A stretch of DNA of 62,762 nucleotides, filler included, from Basidiobolus ranarum (GCA_040143965.1; 24 parts of 24 records of this genome joined end to end with filler, not necessarily neighbours in it); one strand, 5' to 3'; counted from the first letter of the whole stretch, positions 23,635-35,483 are shown. Numbers and translations: made by a program. The notes: generated by a model from the sequence alone, not told the origin.

Positions 23635-25720
23635 TGCCAAGAAGGTATGGAAAGCCTTGGAAGACACCTATCAAACAAGTTCTGCTGCCAACAAGATGTT
23701 TCTAAGAAGACAATTCTTTAACTTAAAGATGAAGCCAGGAGAAGATATCAAATCACTAATTGATAAAGTCACCATGTTAGTGGATGAAATGGAATGCATT
23801 GGAGTATCTACTACTGATCAAGATATCATAGTTACAGTCCTGAATAGCCTGTCACATGAGTTTCAGAGCCTAGTAATGGCTCTAGAATCAAGATCTGACA
23901 ATTTGACCTTAAATTATGTATTTGGCAGGCTTCTGGATCAAGATTTATATATATTGGGATACAATCAAAGGCATGAAGAAAATGCTTTAATAGGCTTTGG
24001 GAAACCTTCCATTAAAGGTCAAAAGCACTTTAAGAAGAAAAGTTACACATTCTATGATTACTATAAAAGAACTGGCCATATAAGCCAAATTTGCTTTAAA
24101 AGAATTGCTAAAGAAGAAAAGCATACTGAATCTGGAAATGCGGTTACAACAGAAGATCACTTGTTCATATATGCTCTGTTGATGACTACCAACAAGGATT
24201 CTCCGACTTGATGTATTGATTCTGGAGCCTCCCAACATTTCACAAATGAAAAATATTGATTTGTGGATTATGAAGAAATTCCAATTAGAAAGGTTTTCAT
24301 GGGAGATGACTGCACATTGGATGCTATTGGAATGGGAGCAATTCAAGTCAATTTAACTGGAGCTTCTGAAGAGAAAGTGTATACTTTTAAAGATGTACTA
24401 CATTTTCCAGATATTGCCAAGAATTTAATATCTGTATGCAAGGCCACTTCAGCAGGGCTAAAATCAATTTTCAAAAGTCAGGATGCCCCATCACTGATCA
24501 AAATAGGAATTATTTAGCTCCAGGATAAAAGGATTGGAACTTATATTTACGCCTAAGCCTCTTGGATCATATGTAAGTTTGTCTAAGTTATTCCAATCAA
24601 GAAAGTATTCAATTATGGCACAAGAGATTTGGCCATTTAGATTTGATTATTTGAATAACATGATCAAAAGTTGCCTAATTTTGGGAATTCAAATTAACCC
24701 CCAACCAAAATAAAAATTTGTGAGGGTTGTATATATAGAAAACAAGCCAGGCAACTGTTCAAGAGCTCTGGCATAATCAAATCTGACAACAAATTGAATT
24801 TAATTCATTCAGATTTGTGTGGACCTGTGCAGGATTTATCTTGAGGTGTAAAACAATATTTAATCACATTTACTGATGATTATATAAGATATACTTGGGT
24901 CTATGTTATGGAAAGAAAAGAAGAAGCTCTCTCTATCTTTAAGGACTTTAAAACACCTGTGGAGATTGAACCTGAAACTAAACTCAAGAAAATATGTACT
25001 GATGATGGTGGAGAATGTACTTCAATATGATTGAAGCACTTTAGCAAAGTTCACAGAATTAAGCAAGAAGCTACTGCCTCCTATTCACATCAACAAAATG
25101 GAGTTGCTGGAAGAGCTAACAGGACTATAATAGAAGTGGTAAGATCTATGATAAATGCATAAAATTTATCTTGTAACTTTTGGGCAGAATCTGTAGTTAC
25201 AGCTGTATATCTGAAGAATAGGAGTTTTACTAAATGTCTATGTAACTGTACATCATATCAAGCTTGGTTTGGAGGTAAACCTGATGTAAAGCATTTGAGG
25301 ATCTTTGAATGCATTGCTTCTGTCAAAATTATGCCCAAAAATCAGTCTAAACTTAATCCAAAAAGTAAGAAATATATATTTCTGGATTATTGTATTCAAA
25401 CTAAGGCCTACAGACTCTATGATACCAAATTCTCAAAGTTAACCAAGTCCAGGGATCTTTTGTTAAATCAAAATGAAATATTCTCACCCAAAATGATCTC
25501 AGATGATAATAAATATCAATGTTCTCCTGATCAAATCATTCAAATTGATTCAAACCAAAACAATGACAAAAATAGCATTCCTGTAGACTGTTCAACCACA
25601 ATTCTGCCTACTGAAGCGCTTAATACAGTGCTAAAGGCTGTTGTACCTTCATCCCAAACCAGGGGATCAAATTTGATTAGGAATAGCCCTGGTTACTAAA
25701 TCAATGAGTCCCAAAACTGG
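23635..25720 (+). mobile_element. Degenerate Copia gag-protease-integrase (LTR-B family)
   Basis: KMFLRRQFFNLKM gag, IDSGASQH protease, WHKRFGH, IHSDLCGP, QQNGVA.RANRTI, and the KL.PKSKK..Y..KAYRLYD SH3-like region. Confidence 0.9.
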
Positions 25721-25721
25721 G

Positions 25722-26156
25722 CCCTAACAGAAATTTGAGGATTGTTATCTTAGGAAAACCATCACAATTTTAATCCATTTGGATTGACCATTTACTTGCC
25801 ATCATAAAATTGTCAAGTTAGATTTGATTTTAATCAATTTTTTCAGTTTCAGGAGTGAAATTTCAAGATTTTGAAAAATAGTTGCACATGATTGGCTACA
25901 ATCTCAGAGAACTATCAATCAACACCTGTGTGAAAAATATAACACAAATTTTACACAATTACCACTTGAATGCTAATTTGTCACCTTCAAAATCCCTAGT
26001 CTCTTTGATATATTCTCCTGAATATTTTTATAGAGTTCTTCATAACCAAGGTTTAGCTCATACCCAACACAAGTTTGTGTCAATATCTCCATCAAAGCCC
26101 ACCATTGTATTAACATTGCTGAATCAACATTCTTCCAGCTATCTGGCAGATACCCT
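25722..26156 (+). mobile_element. CMC element left end inserted into Copia pol
   Basis: Begins CCCTAACAGAAATTTGAGGATTGTTAT; the Copia sequence stops abruptly at 25721. Confidence 0.8.
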
Positions 26157-26256
26157 NNNNNNNNNNNNNNNNNNNNNNNNNNNNNNNNNNNNNNNNNNNN
26201 TTAATTAATTAANNNNNNNNNNNNNNNNNNNNNNNNNNNNNNNNNNNNNNNNNNNN

Positions 26257-27261
26257 CTGAAGAATTAGAACCAGGTCAATTAAGACTTTTAGAAGTAGAT
26301 AATAGAGTGGTAGCTTGGGATGATTGAAGAAAACAAACAAGGACCAGTGAATGAGCCAGCTGCGCTGTTGAAGTTGGTGCAAAGGAGAGGGGAAGTTCTT
26401 TTGATCAATGGCATCCTTAAGCTTCTGGAGATCTTCAAGGGCAACCTCCCAGTTACCGGTTAAAATCTCGGAAGCAAGTTTACCCCAGAGAGCAGAAAGG
26501 TTCATCTCAGAGTCAGTAGACTAACACACATAGTAGGAAATATTAGCATCGGATTCCCCATCATACAAAGAGAAAAAACATACCAAAACTCGGAAATGGT
26601 AAAGCATATCAGCGGAAGCTCCATAGATACCACAGTTGAATTGGTATTTACCGAATTGATAAAGAGTAGAGACCATTTCAGGAGTAATCTGCAAGAAATG
26701 TTAGTCTTGTTGCAAAGCAAACTGCAGTATAGATTATATATCTTACGTTGTATTTTCTCTCAAAAATTGCAAGTTTTGGAGTTTGTCTTGTCTCAAGGCA
26801 GAAATAACATCTGGGTTCTCGATAACCTCCAAAACCTTTCCAGCTTCAGATTGCAAACCCTCAAGAGTGTCGATGACGTTCTTACGCTTATCGGTAAATT
26901 CTATGTTACGAAGAAATAGAGTCAATACTTGAGCTTTTGTCTAGGCGGGTGACCATCCTGGGGAAACCAGATACGACTAAACTTACCAGTGGGTGCCTCT
27001 TCGACATGATGAATTTGTTTGAACAATTCAGCGGCAGTATCAATCATGTTTGTCTTAGACAAGAGGTCGTACTTAGCTTGGAGAATGTCTTCCTCTGGAT
27101 AAATCTAGAAACATAAAGGTGAATCGGATTAATTGCTGAGATGCAATCAGAGGAGAATTACAAGAACTTGCCTCTTTCAAGGAGAGGAATTCCAACAATG
27201 GATAGACTAAATGTCTGTCCAAGTAAGGGACCATTTTGGAAGTCAAATCATATTGAGCCAT
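26257..27261 (-). CDS. EIF3E: Eukaryotic translation initiation factor 3 subunit E (Int6), 5' part; exons 27261-27172, 27104-26987, 26900-26747, 26688-26584, 26520-~26314
   Basis: [81 protein letters not shown]. Intron 1 is GC-AG. Exon 3 is one base short of the frame. Confidence 0.93.
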
Positions 27262-27774
27262 GTTGAAGAAATGTACTATAGTACTCTGTTGCTGAAGAAA
27301 TGATATCTAGGTCCACCTACAGCTGCAACGTCAACGCAAGAGTGCTCAACGATACGGATTTTGAATTTACACCTAGCTGTAGTCCCTCATTCGAATCGGT
27401 TTTTTTTTCACCTCTTCCTTTTCTCATGAATTCATTATAGTGGGCTTTTTTTTCTTTCAAGATTCAAAATAGGGATAGATTTTTACTAAAGTCTGTATTT
27501 GGCGAATTATTATCAAACCACGATCCATTGATTCTGCTTAATTTACGCAGCATCTCGGCTCTCTAAGCAAGGTTGCCATCATTATTCATCAAGGACCAAG
27601 TCAACCCGGTGCATGGGCCGAGATATGGAAGAATGCAAAAAATTTCAACGGAGATCGCTAAATTTTTATTGATTTCCTTTGTGAAAGGCATCTGATTGGT
27701 GATTTATGTCAAATATATGTGTATTGATACTGAGCAATCCAGGAGATAAATGACTTCAACAAAACAGCGGTAAA

Positions 27775-28022
27775 CTTTCTCTCCTCCATCCGCACAAGAG
27801 TGGTCATCGTTGATACTCCATTACTGGTAAGTGTTCAGTTGTTAGAATCTAAATACTAGTGAATACATCGTTTGCTTGGGGATCGTATACAACCGAGCGT
27901 CTTGTAACCCAATATGTATATAGAATAGCTTATCTAGTGGGCAATCCATTCAGTTCAACCCTACCATACATCAATGGTGTACTTCTAGCTCAACTACTTC
28001 TGTTTTCTGTAGTGGTTCAAAG
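27775..28022 (+). promoter_or_regulatory. RPL6 5' UTR: pyrimidine tract and probable 5'-UTR intron 27827-28012
   Basis: CTTTCTCTCCTCC at 27775. Donor G|GTAAGT at 27827 and acceptor TTCTGTTTTCTGTAG ending at 28012, 10 nt before the ATG. Confidence 0.55.
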
Positions 28023-28739
28023 ATGCACAAGTCTCGTAACTCCTTCCTTGCTCCTGGCATTACCCGCCTTTCTCGTTCCAGCGCCTTCTCTAAGCGCGCT
28101 CTTTACAAGAAGCAGAAGGTAGCTGCTGAAAAGGCTGCTGCTTCCCCTGCTACCACCAAGACCGTCAAGGTTAATGGTGAGAAGAATGGTAGCGAACGTG
28201 TTGTTGCTTTGAACAAGGCTTCCCGTTGGTATCCTGCCGAGGATATTGCCCAACCTAAGGCCACCCGCAAGTCTGCCAAGCCTACCAAGCTTCGCACCTC
28301 CATCACCCCTGGTACCGTCCTTGTCCTTTTGGCTGGTCGTTTCCGTGGCAAGAGAGTTGTCTTCTTGAAGCAACTTGAATCTGGTCTTTTATTGGTCACT
28401 GGCCCATACAAGGTTAACGGCGTTCCTCTCAGACGTGTCAACCAAGCTTATGTTATTGCTACCTCTACCAAGGTTGATTTGAGCAGTGTCACTGTTGATC
28501 CTAAGTTCGATGATGCCTATTTCAAGAAGGAGAAGGCTTCCAAAGCTAAGGGTACCGAAGAAGAATTCTTTGGTGAGGAACAAAAGAAAAAGGTCATTTC
28601 TGAGTCTCGTGCTGCTGATCAAAAGTCAGTCGATAAGGAGATCCTTTCTGCTGTCTCTCAAGTCCCCCATCTCCGTTCATACTTGAATGCTTCCTTCACT
28701 CTCAGAAAGGGACAAGCTCCTCATTCTATGCAATTCTAA
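28023..28739 (+). CDS. RPL6: 60S ribosomal protein L6 (eL6)
   Basis: Complete 238-aa ORF with WYPAED, LRTSITPGTVLVLLAGRFRGKRVVFLKQLESGLLLVTGPYKVNGVPLRRVNQAYVIATSTK and YL.ASFTL.KG..PH.M.F. Strong codon bias. Confidence 0.98.
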   Translation: MHKSRNSFLAPGITRLSRSSAFSKRALYKKQKVAAEKAAASPATTKTVKVNGEKNGSERVVALNKASRWYPAEDIAQPKATRKSAKPTKLRTSITPGTVLVLLAGRFRGKRVVFLKQLESGLLLVTGPYKVNGVPLRRVNQAYVIATSTKVDLSSVTVDPKFDDAYFKKEKASKAKGTEEEFFGEEQKKKVISESRAADQKSVDKEILSAVSQVPHLRSYLNASFTLRKGQAPHSMQF

Positions 28740-28877
28740 GCCTAACATGTTTCATCTTATTTGAGAATTACATGTTANNNNNNNNNNNNNNNNNNNNNNN
28801 NNNNNNNNNNNNNNNNNNNNNTTAATTAATTAANNNNNNNNNNNNNNNNNNNNNNNNNNNNNNNNNNNNNNNNNNNN

Positions 28878-30372
28878 AGCCTGAAACAAGCTAATTTTGG
28901 ATTATTTGGGTTGTTTTCGTTCCACAATATGGCTTAATCTTCTGTGTTTTATTTGACAGCTTATTTCAAGGGTTTAGGCTAAGTTTCCATGTTAAGAATG
29001 AAATTTGCTGATTTCTTACTTGTATAAGTTTTGAGTTTTGATCCCAGTAGCTAATTTGGTATTATTCTGATCTGTGATAATGCATCCAGCCATGCTGAAC
29101 ACAAAATGTAGTCCTTGAGTGGGTGCTTACAGAAAGTTGGACATTGCATTGTGATTTATCAGTCCTTTTACATATCTAGAGGCTTGATTCCCTTTCACAA
29201 AGACCTAAGAGGCAAGAGACAGACTCTAATTACAGTACATCCCAGAGCCATCCAAGCATGTTTATTGCACTATTTGAACACCTCACAAAACCCTTAGGAT
29301 GTTGCAGTTATAGTTGCTGCTTGAACCCTATAACAGTTACAACAGTGTAGCTGAATTTGGGTCTAAATGCAGCACAACTGTGCCCTTACCAATTGCATCT
29401 AGTCACAGTCTTCACCTAAGTAGACTTTCCTTGTTTGGATGGGTTTTATGCTGGAAAACCAATCTCTCTTGTTTGACATTTCCTGGGAAGCTCCTGAATC
29501 AATGTACCATGCTTTTGAGTCTTCTTTACTGGTTACAGATAGGGCAGTCACAAACAGATGATCCCTATCAGTGCTTACTTGATTTGCTTGTTCCAATTTT
29601 AGCTTTTTGGCAAAAATCCTTTTTCTGCAATCCTTGATTAAATGGCCTGCTTTATTGCAACACTTGCAGTTAATTGATTCCCTAGTAGTGGCACCCTAAT
29701 TGAATCCTGTTAAACTTTTACAGCTCCAAAAAATGCCTGTTCTGCTTTTTTTTGCTGAAAATTAGACCTCCTTAATTCTTCTTTCAAAGGCCAAGCATAA
29801 GCATATTCCATTGTTGATGGCTCCAATCTTGACTTTAGGGCAATTATGAGGTTCCCAAACTTGTCTGGCTGGCTCCAAATTAGCTTCATGACTACCTCAT
29901 GTTCATTCAGAGCTGCTCACATGGATGAGAGCTGCTCTGCCATAGTTTCTTTTTGATTTATATGATTAAGCATAGAACCATCACAATTCATCTAAATTGT
30001 GAATATTTTGCACCTTTGACATAGCTTATTAGCCAGACTTTTAGTCTCCTATAGTTTCTCACATGTTTCCCAAGCTTTTTTTATATTTTTGGATTATTGA
30101 ATATGCCTCAATTGAGAGTCTCTGAGATGTAGACAATAAGCAGAGAGTGCTTTCCTCTGCTTCTTGTGAAAGGCAAGGATGGCTTCTGGTGGTCCCTATG
30201 GCTCTATTTCTTCTCCTGTAACAAATCCCCAAAGGTCCTTGACTTCTAGCACCATTTGCATCTTGAACTTCTACAGGTCCAGGTTTTCACCATCAAACTT
30301 CTCTGTGGATGCAAAACATTAGTAAAAGTATTAATAGACATTCCTTGACCAGCTAGCTCAAGGCTTATCACC
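28878..30372 (-). mobile_element. Copia decayed PBS, gag and protease (LTR-C family)
   Basis: EKFDGENLDL.KFKMQMVL..DLWGFV gag and AWYIDSGAS. Colinear with 8504-9780. Confidence 0.85.
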
Positions 30373-30946
30373 AGATACAAGTGTTTGGGGGATTTGGAAG
30401 CATTGTGGACAAGATTAGGATTTGTGATTACACACTTAAGTTTTGTGGACTAGAATATGTCCTATTTATTGTTTACTACGTAATATGACTACTGAATGTG
30501 CTTAGATTATAACAAACATGCTTGTCATGCATGGGTGAAAATTTCAGGTGATTTGGAGAAGTTTTGAGAAAATAGTGAAAATTGGTAAAAGTGATCTAAT
30601 TGATATTTCGATCAATTAGAGCAACAAATACATATTATTGAATGACAGAATTGAGTACTAAATAGTCAGAATATGAATAAGCCAACTACTGAATAATACC
30701 ATGAAATAGGACTATTGGACATGCTTAGATCACAACAAACATGCCTGTTAAGCATGGGTGAAAATATGAGGTGATTAGGAGAAGTTTGAGAAAATAGTGA
30801 AAATTGGTAAAAGTGATCTAATTGATATTACTATCAATTAGAGCAATAAACACATGTTTTTTGAATGACAGAATTGAGTACTAAATAATTACAATTTGAA
30901 TAAACTAACTACTAAATAATGAGTTGCTATTTACCTAATTTCAACA
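30373..30946 (-). mobile_element. Copia LTR-C with an internal 223-bp tandem duplication
   Basis: Starts TGTTGAAATTAGG (reverse, at 30946). Duplicated units at about 30475-30697 and 30698-30920. Confidence 0.8.
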
Positions 30947-31396
30947 TTCCCACTCAACTAATTATTTTGTATTTCTCTTAAACCTAACTTATATCTTAAT
31001 AATTCAAATTGTGCTTTAGCTAAAGGTTTGGTTAAGATATCAGCTATCATTTCTTCAGTAGGGCAATAGACAAGTTCAATTATATCATTCTCTATTGCTT
31101 CTCTAACAAAATGATGCCTAATATCTATATGTTTTGTTCTAGCATGAAATGTAGGATTTTTAGCTAATGAAATACAACTTTGATTATCTTCAAATACAGT
31201 AATAGCACGTTTTGCATGTATCCTAAGTCTGTAAATAACTTCCTTAACCACATAGCTTCTTGTGTAGTAGCAGAGGCAGCCATATACTCTGCTTCTGTAG
31301 TGGAAAGTGCTACAGTTGGTTGCTTCTTACTATTCCAAGTTATGGCTCCATTACCATAGAGAAAAGTGTATCCAGTTGTTGATCTTCTATCATCAA
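30947..31396 (-). mobile_element. Copia RNase H C-terminus and polypurine tract
   Basis: [65 protein letters not shown], then AGTTGAGTGGGAA abutting the LTR. Confidence 0.92.
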
Positions 31397-31496
31397 NNNN
31401 NNNNNNNNNNNNNNNNNNNNNNNNNNNNNNNNNNNNNNNNTTAATTAATTAANNNNNNNNNNNNNNNNNNNNNNNNNNNNNNNNNNNNNNNNNNNN

Positions 31497-31810
31497 TACA
31501 ATATTTCAAGATAATCAAAGTTGTATCAAATTGGCTAAAAATCCCATGTTTCATAATAGAAGCAAACACATAGATATTAAGCATCACTTCATTAGAGAGA
31601 CTATAGAAAATAAGTTTATTGACTTAACTTATTGCTCTACAGAAGACATGATTGCTGATATAGTAACCAAACCATTAGCTAGACAGAAATTTGAGAAATT
31701 TTGACCTTTATTAGGATTAGTTTGTATGACTATTTAGTTGAGAGAGAACATAGAGGTTAGCTTTGCCTGAACACCTATATAGTCATATATAGCTTAGTAA
31801 GTAGCTATCT
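31497..31810 (+). mobile_element. Copia RNase H end, PPT and start of 3' LTR-B
   Basis: QDNQSCIKLAKNPMFHNRSKHIDIKHHFIRE..ADIVTKPL, then AGTTGAGAGAGAA at 31737. Confidence 0.8.
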
Positions 31811-31897
31811 TATATTATATTATAATGCAAACTATCTAAAACCAAGTTTTTACTTCAGATTAAAAAAGAATGCAATGCCTTTAACACAATTTATTAT

Positions 31898-32428
31898 TGT
31901 GACAATAAGGAAATGGACAAGGACTGGAAACAACAACAGGCTAGAAAGCAGGAGAGTACTTGGGTATAGATCACAAGGGAAGATAAGACAAGGCCAGATA
32001 GGGAAGATACTTTGGCAAGAATCTTTATTGATAACTGACATTGATCAGACCTCAGTCTGATCAAGGAATACATGGAGCTTATATAGAGATTGCAGGGCAA
32101 AACATAATATACTGAATAGGGAATATATTGTGGCAAGTTTAAGTATTGAGGTGTTGGGGACTACAAGGACCAATAAAAAGATGGATGATGTAAGCATAAT
32201 TTGGTGACCTTCAATGCAAGATCTGGGTGGAAATACAATATGTGTGGGACAACATGACTGGTTAGGTTTCTTGGAATGTTTCACAGAACATGACTTCCAT
32301 ACAAGGTAATCTGGATGAACTAACCCAAGATTGCAAGAGGAGATGGCCCAGCTGATATGATGTCATAATCTAATAATAGAAGAGTCCTATTTGCAGTGGA
32401 AGAGTATGCTGAGATCACAATCATGACA
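31898..32428. mobile_element. Orphan solo LTR-like repeat (type E, TGT...ACA, 531 bp) inserted in Copia gag
   Basis: TGTGACAATAAGG...CATGACA. The flanks rejoin to the gag sequence seen at 15421-15480 with 5 extra bases. Copies at 59667-60153 and 49577-49706. Confidence 0.7.
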
Positions 32429-32545
32429 GTCTTGATATTAAAGACAAATTACTAATTGAAAGTTCAAGAGCTAAAACTGCCAAGAAGGTATGGAAAGCTT
32501 TGGAAGACACCTACCAAACATGTTCTGCTACCAACAAGATGTTTC

Positions 32546-33118
32546 TGCTAAAGTATTTGGGAGCCTGTTGGAAGTAGTATGGAGAATTAGAGAAATTGGT
32601 GGTTTTCACTAATTGATTTATTGAGTAGTGTGTTAACATTTCTAGTTTTGTCAAGATGTAGACAAAACTAGCATGTAGAATGTGTTAAGCAAGGTCCCAG
32701 CAATATATGTGCAAAGTTTGGGGCTTCTTTAAAAATTTTTTATATCTGAGAAGTTCTAAGTTAGTAAAAATATTCTAAGTAAATTACATTTGAGAATAAT
32801 GGATAATATCTTAGTGAGTAATAAAATAACTAAGTATTAAGCTATACATGACTATATAGCTGTTTAGGCAATGCCAATTTCAACATTCTCTCTCAACTAA
32901 ATAGTCATATAAACTAATCCTAGTAATGTTCTAAATTTCTCAAATTTCTGTCTAGGTATGGGTTTGGTTAATATATCAGCAATCTAGTCTTCTGTGAGAC
33001 AATAAGTCAAGTCAATAAACTTATTCTCTATAGCCTCTCTATTGAAGTGATGTCTAATGTCTATATGTTTGCTTCTATTATGAAACATGGGATATTTAGC
33101 TAATTTGATACAACTTTG
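32546..33118 (-). mobile_element. Copia RNase H end, PPT and complete 3' LTR-B (32546-32885)
   Basis: HNRSKHIDIRHHF.RE; PPT AGTTGAGAGAGAA; the LTR is the reverse complement of 14854-15201. Confidence 0.8.
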
Positions 33119-33745
33119 GCCTAACAAAAATAAAATCAATTTGATCTGGATTGGATCCGCCCTTGTGGATTGCAAAACCATCAGAGAACCATCACAATAT
33201 TGGTGGCTTACATTCTACCAAGGATTTTGATGGTGAGATGATGGCTTCTTGATGGCATTTTGATGGTATTCCAGCATAGTAAAATATTGAACCTCATATT
33301 TGGCATGCATTATTTAATTTTCAACAATTTTTACAAAAACCTAATTTGTGAATGGCAAATTACTGGCTTTACTGCCGTACAAACTCATATTGACATGCAT
33401 GCCTTTTTTAGATATTTTAGGCTTTGTATTCCAGCAATCATGGGAATCAAAAAATAGAAGAATCTTGTTGTTCCAGTCTCTGCAAATGCAAATACTGCAA
33501 TGTTCAGACATAACTCAACAGTATCAACATGTTTACTAGTAAAAAATGGTTGAAAAGTTGCTAAACATCTGAAAATTTCAATAGCACTGACACTTGGCAA
33601 ATACCCTAAAAAAAACAAAATCAATATTATATGGATTGGATCCACCCTTCTAAATTGTAAAACCATCAGAGAACCATCACAATATTGGAGGCTTGCATTT
33701 TGCCAGGGATTTTGATGGTGTGATTGCAGTTTCTTGATGGTGTGG
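33119..33745 (-). mobile_element. Two nested CMC right ends (termini at about 33119 and 33604)
   Basis: GCCTAACAAAAATAAAAT.. and CCCTAAAAAAAACAAAAT.., each followed by the same subterminal sequence (GGATTGGATCC.CCCTT..AAAACCATCAGAGAACCATCACAATATTGG). Confidence 0.75.
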
Positions 33746-33749
33746 TGGG

Positions 33750-34014
33750 GCAGTATTGCTCAAAAAGCATTCAAATCAAAGTCAAAATTGGCTTCCATGC
33801 CAAAGCCTGCTAGCTCAAAAGGAAAAAAACCAGCAAGAATAGAGGCTTAATTGATGAGCAGTCTAGCAATTCACTATCCACTTTGGTAGGCATTAACATT
33901 CCAGAAACTAACTCAAGTAATGATGAAGTATTAATCAATTTACCAGATGTGTTCCTTTCCAGCAATAGTGCAAGTGAAGAGATTGTAATCCCCCAATTAC
34001 GTAGTAAATCAATA
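33750..34014 (+). mobile_element. Fragment of putative CMC ORF2 N-terminal region
   Basis: Encodes a KSKSK..KGKKPARIE..IDEQ.S..L.TL.GINIPE..FLSS.SASEEIVIPQ-like sequence matching 58451..58924. Confidence 0.6.
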
Positions 34015-34114
34015 NNNNNNNNNNNNNNNNNNNNNNNNNNNNNNNNNNNNNNNNNNNNTTAATTAATTAANNNNNNNNNNNNNNNNNNNNNNNNNNNNNN
34101 NNNNNNNNNNNNNN

Positions 34115-34930
34115 ATTGTACGTGCTTTCTCTACCAAAGTCCTATTCATCCTTTCTGCAACTCCATTTTGTTCTGCACTATATGGAATAGTAAATTGCTG
34201 CTGAATTCCCTTTTCTTGACAAAAGCTAGTCATGGCTTCATTGCTAAATTCAGTTCCATTATCACTGCGTAGGTATTTGATTTTTCTTCCTGTTATGGTT
34301 GTGACCATTGCTTCATATATCTTGAAATGTTGAAACACTTCTCCTTTGCTTGACAGAAGATATGTAACTGTGAAGTGAGATTTGTCATCAAGAAAGATGA
34401 GTAAATATTGTTTTTTACTTGGTGTCAGAGTTTGCATTGGGCCACATAAGTCTGTATGAATAGGATCCAATAAATCTTTGGCTTTGCTAGCTTCTACTTT
34501 TGGAAATGGTTTTCTGGTGATTTTCCCTGGAATATAGTTTTCACATTTAGTAAGCGCTGAGGGCTTAAGATCCATTCCAGTACAAGGGCTATTTTTATAT
34601 AATAGTTTCACATTATTTTAGTTTAGATGACCCAAGAACTGATGCCTAGTCATCAAGTTTCTGGAAGCAATTGTTGCAAATTTAGAAACAGTCTCAGTTA
34701 TTGGTGCAATATCCAGGTGATACAGATTCCTAATTCTTGTTCCAGTTGCTACTTTCAAGTCCTTTGATTTATAAATGATGGAATATATAAGACATCTTCC
34801 AAGGTTACTGTTACACTATTGGTTATACTTATTTGTAAGTCAAGTGTGACCTTTCCAATTCCATATACAACCAGTTTGTTTCTTCCAGCTACCATGATGT
34901 CCAGAGGTTCTAGTAAATCAATTGTTTTAG
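34115..34930 (-). mobile_element. Copia protease/integrase (LTR-D family) with a largely open rve core
   Basis: IHTDLCGP..FLDDKSH..LRSDNGTEF..EQNGVAERMNRTLVEKART, with the DDE triad visible. VAGRNKLV matches the 43280 region. Confidence 0.9.
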
Positions 34931-35483
34931 ATATTTCTATTTGGATTATAGGGGCTATAGATACATTGCTTTCTGTTTCTGATATATTTATCATAACTAA
35001 AGTTAACTATGATGTTGAATAAAGATTAATTATCTGACAATATTTAATCCTGCAGATATACTATTTAAAGAGGCCTTTGGAACATTTCAGATGGAGAAAC
35101 CACATGGTATTTCAGCAAGCATTATATCAAAAATCAAAGATAGTAAAATTACAACCTGATTTTTTATTCCAGAACTAGTTGCTTGACAACATTTCTTTTT
35201 CCTACTCCTATAAGTCCTCTTCAAAATAGCAATAGAAGTATAGCAGATCCTTATATTTTATGTAATTTGAGCAGGTACTATACATTGGAAAAATAAAATA
35301 TAATAAATGTCAACTCTAAACTAAAAAATATAGAGAATATACATCTGGTACAATGTTAGATACTGGTAATTTCAACATATATGTAATAAGTGTCTTTCTT
35401 GAGGATAAAACTATTATATACATAGGTAGCAAGATGAGTTTAAAAAATATGAGTTTCTTTAAGCAATTCCAGTTATATATATC

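Noticed and set aside
25882..26156. Recurrent ~100-aa ORF MHMIGYNLREL.. (also 13318, 49168, 57996)
   Set aside because: It recurs only because the TE arm is repeated, and it lies antisense to the longer ORF2 frame. It is not formally excluded, but there is no independent support.
27827..28012. Possible snoRNA in the RPL6 5'-UTR intron
   Set aside because: No RUGAUGA/CUGA box pair or convincing H/ACA hairpins are visible by eye.
28017..28686. Antisense and alternative ORFs over RPL6
   Set aside because: They are by-products of strong codon bias in a highly expressed gene.
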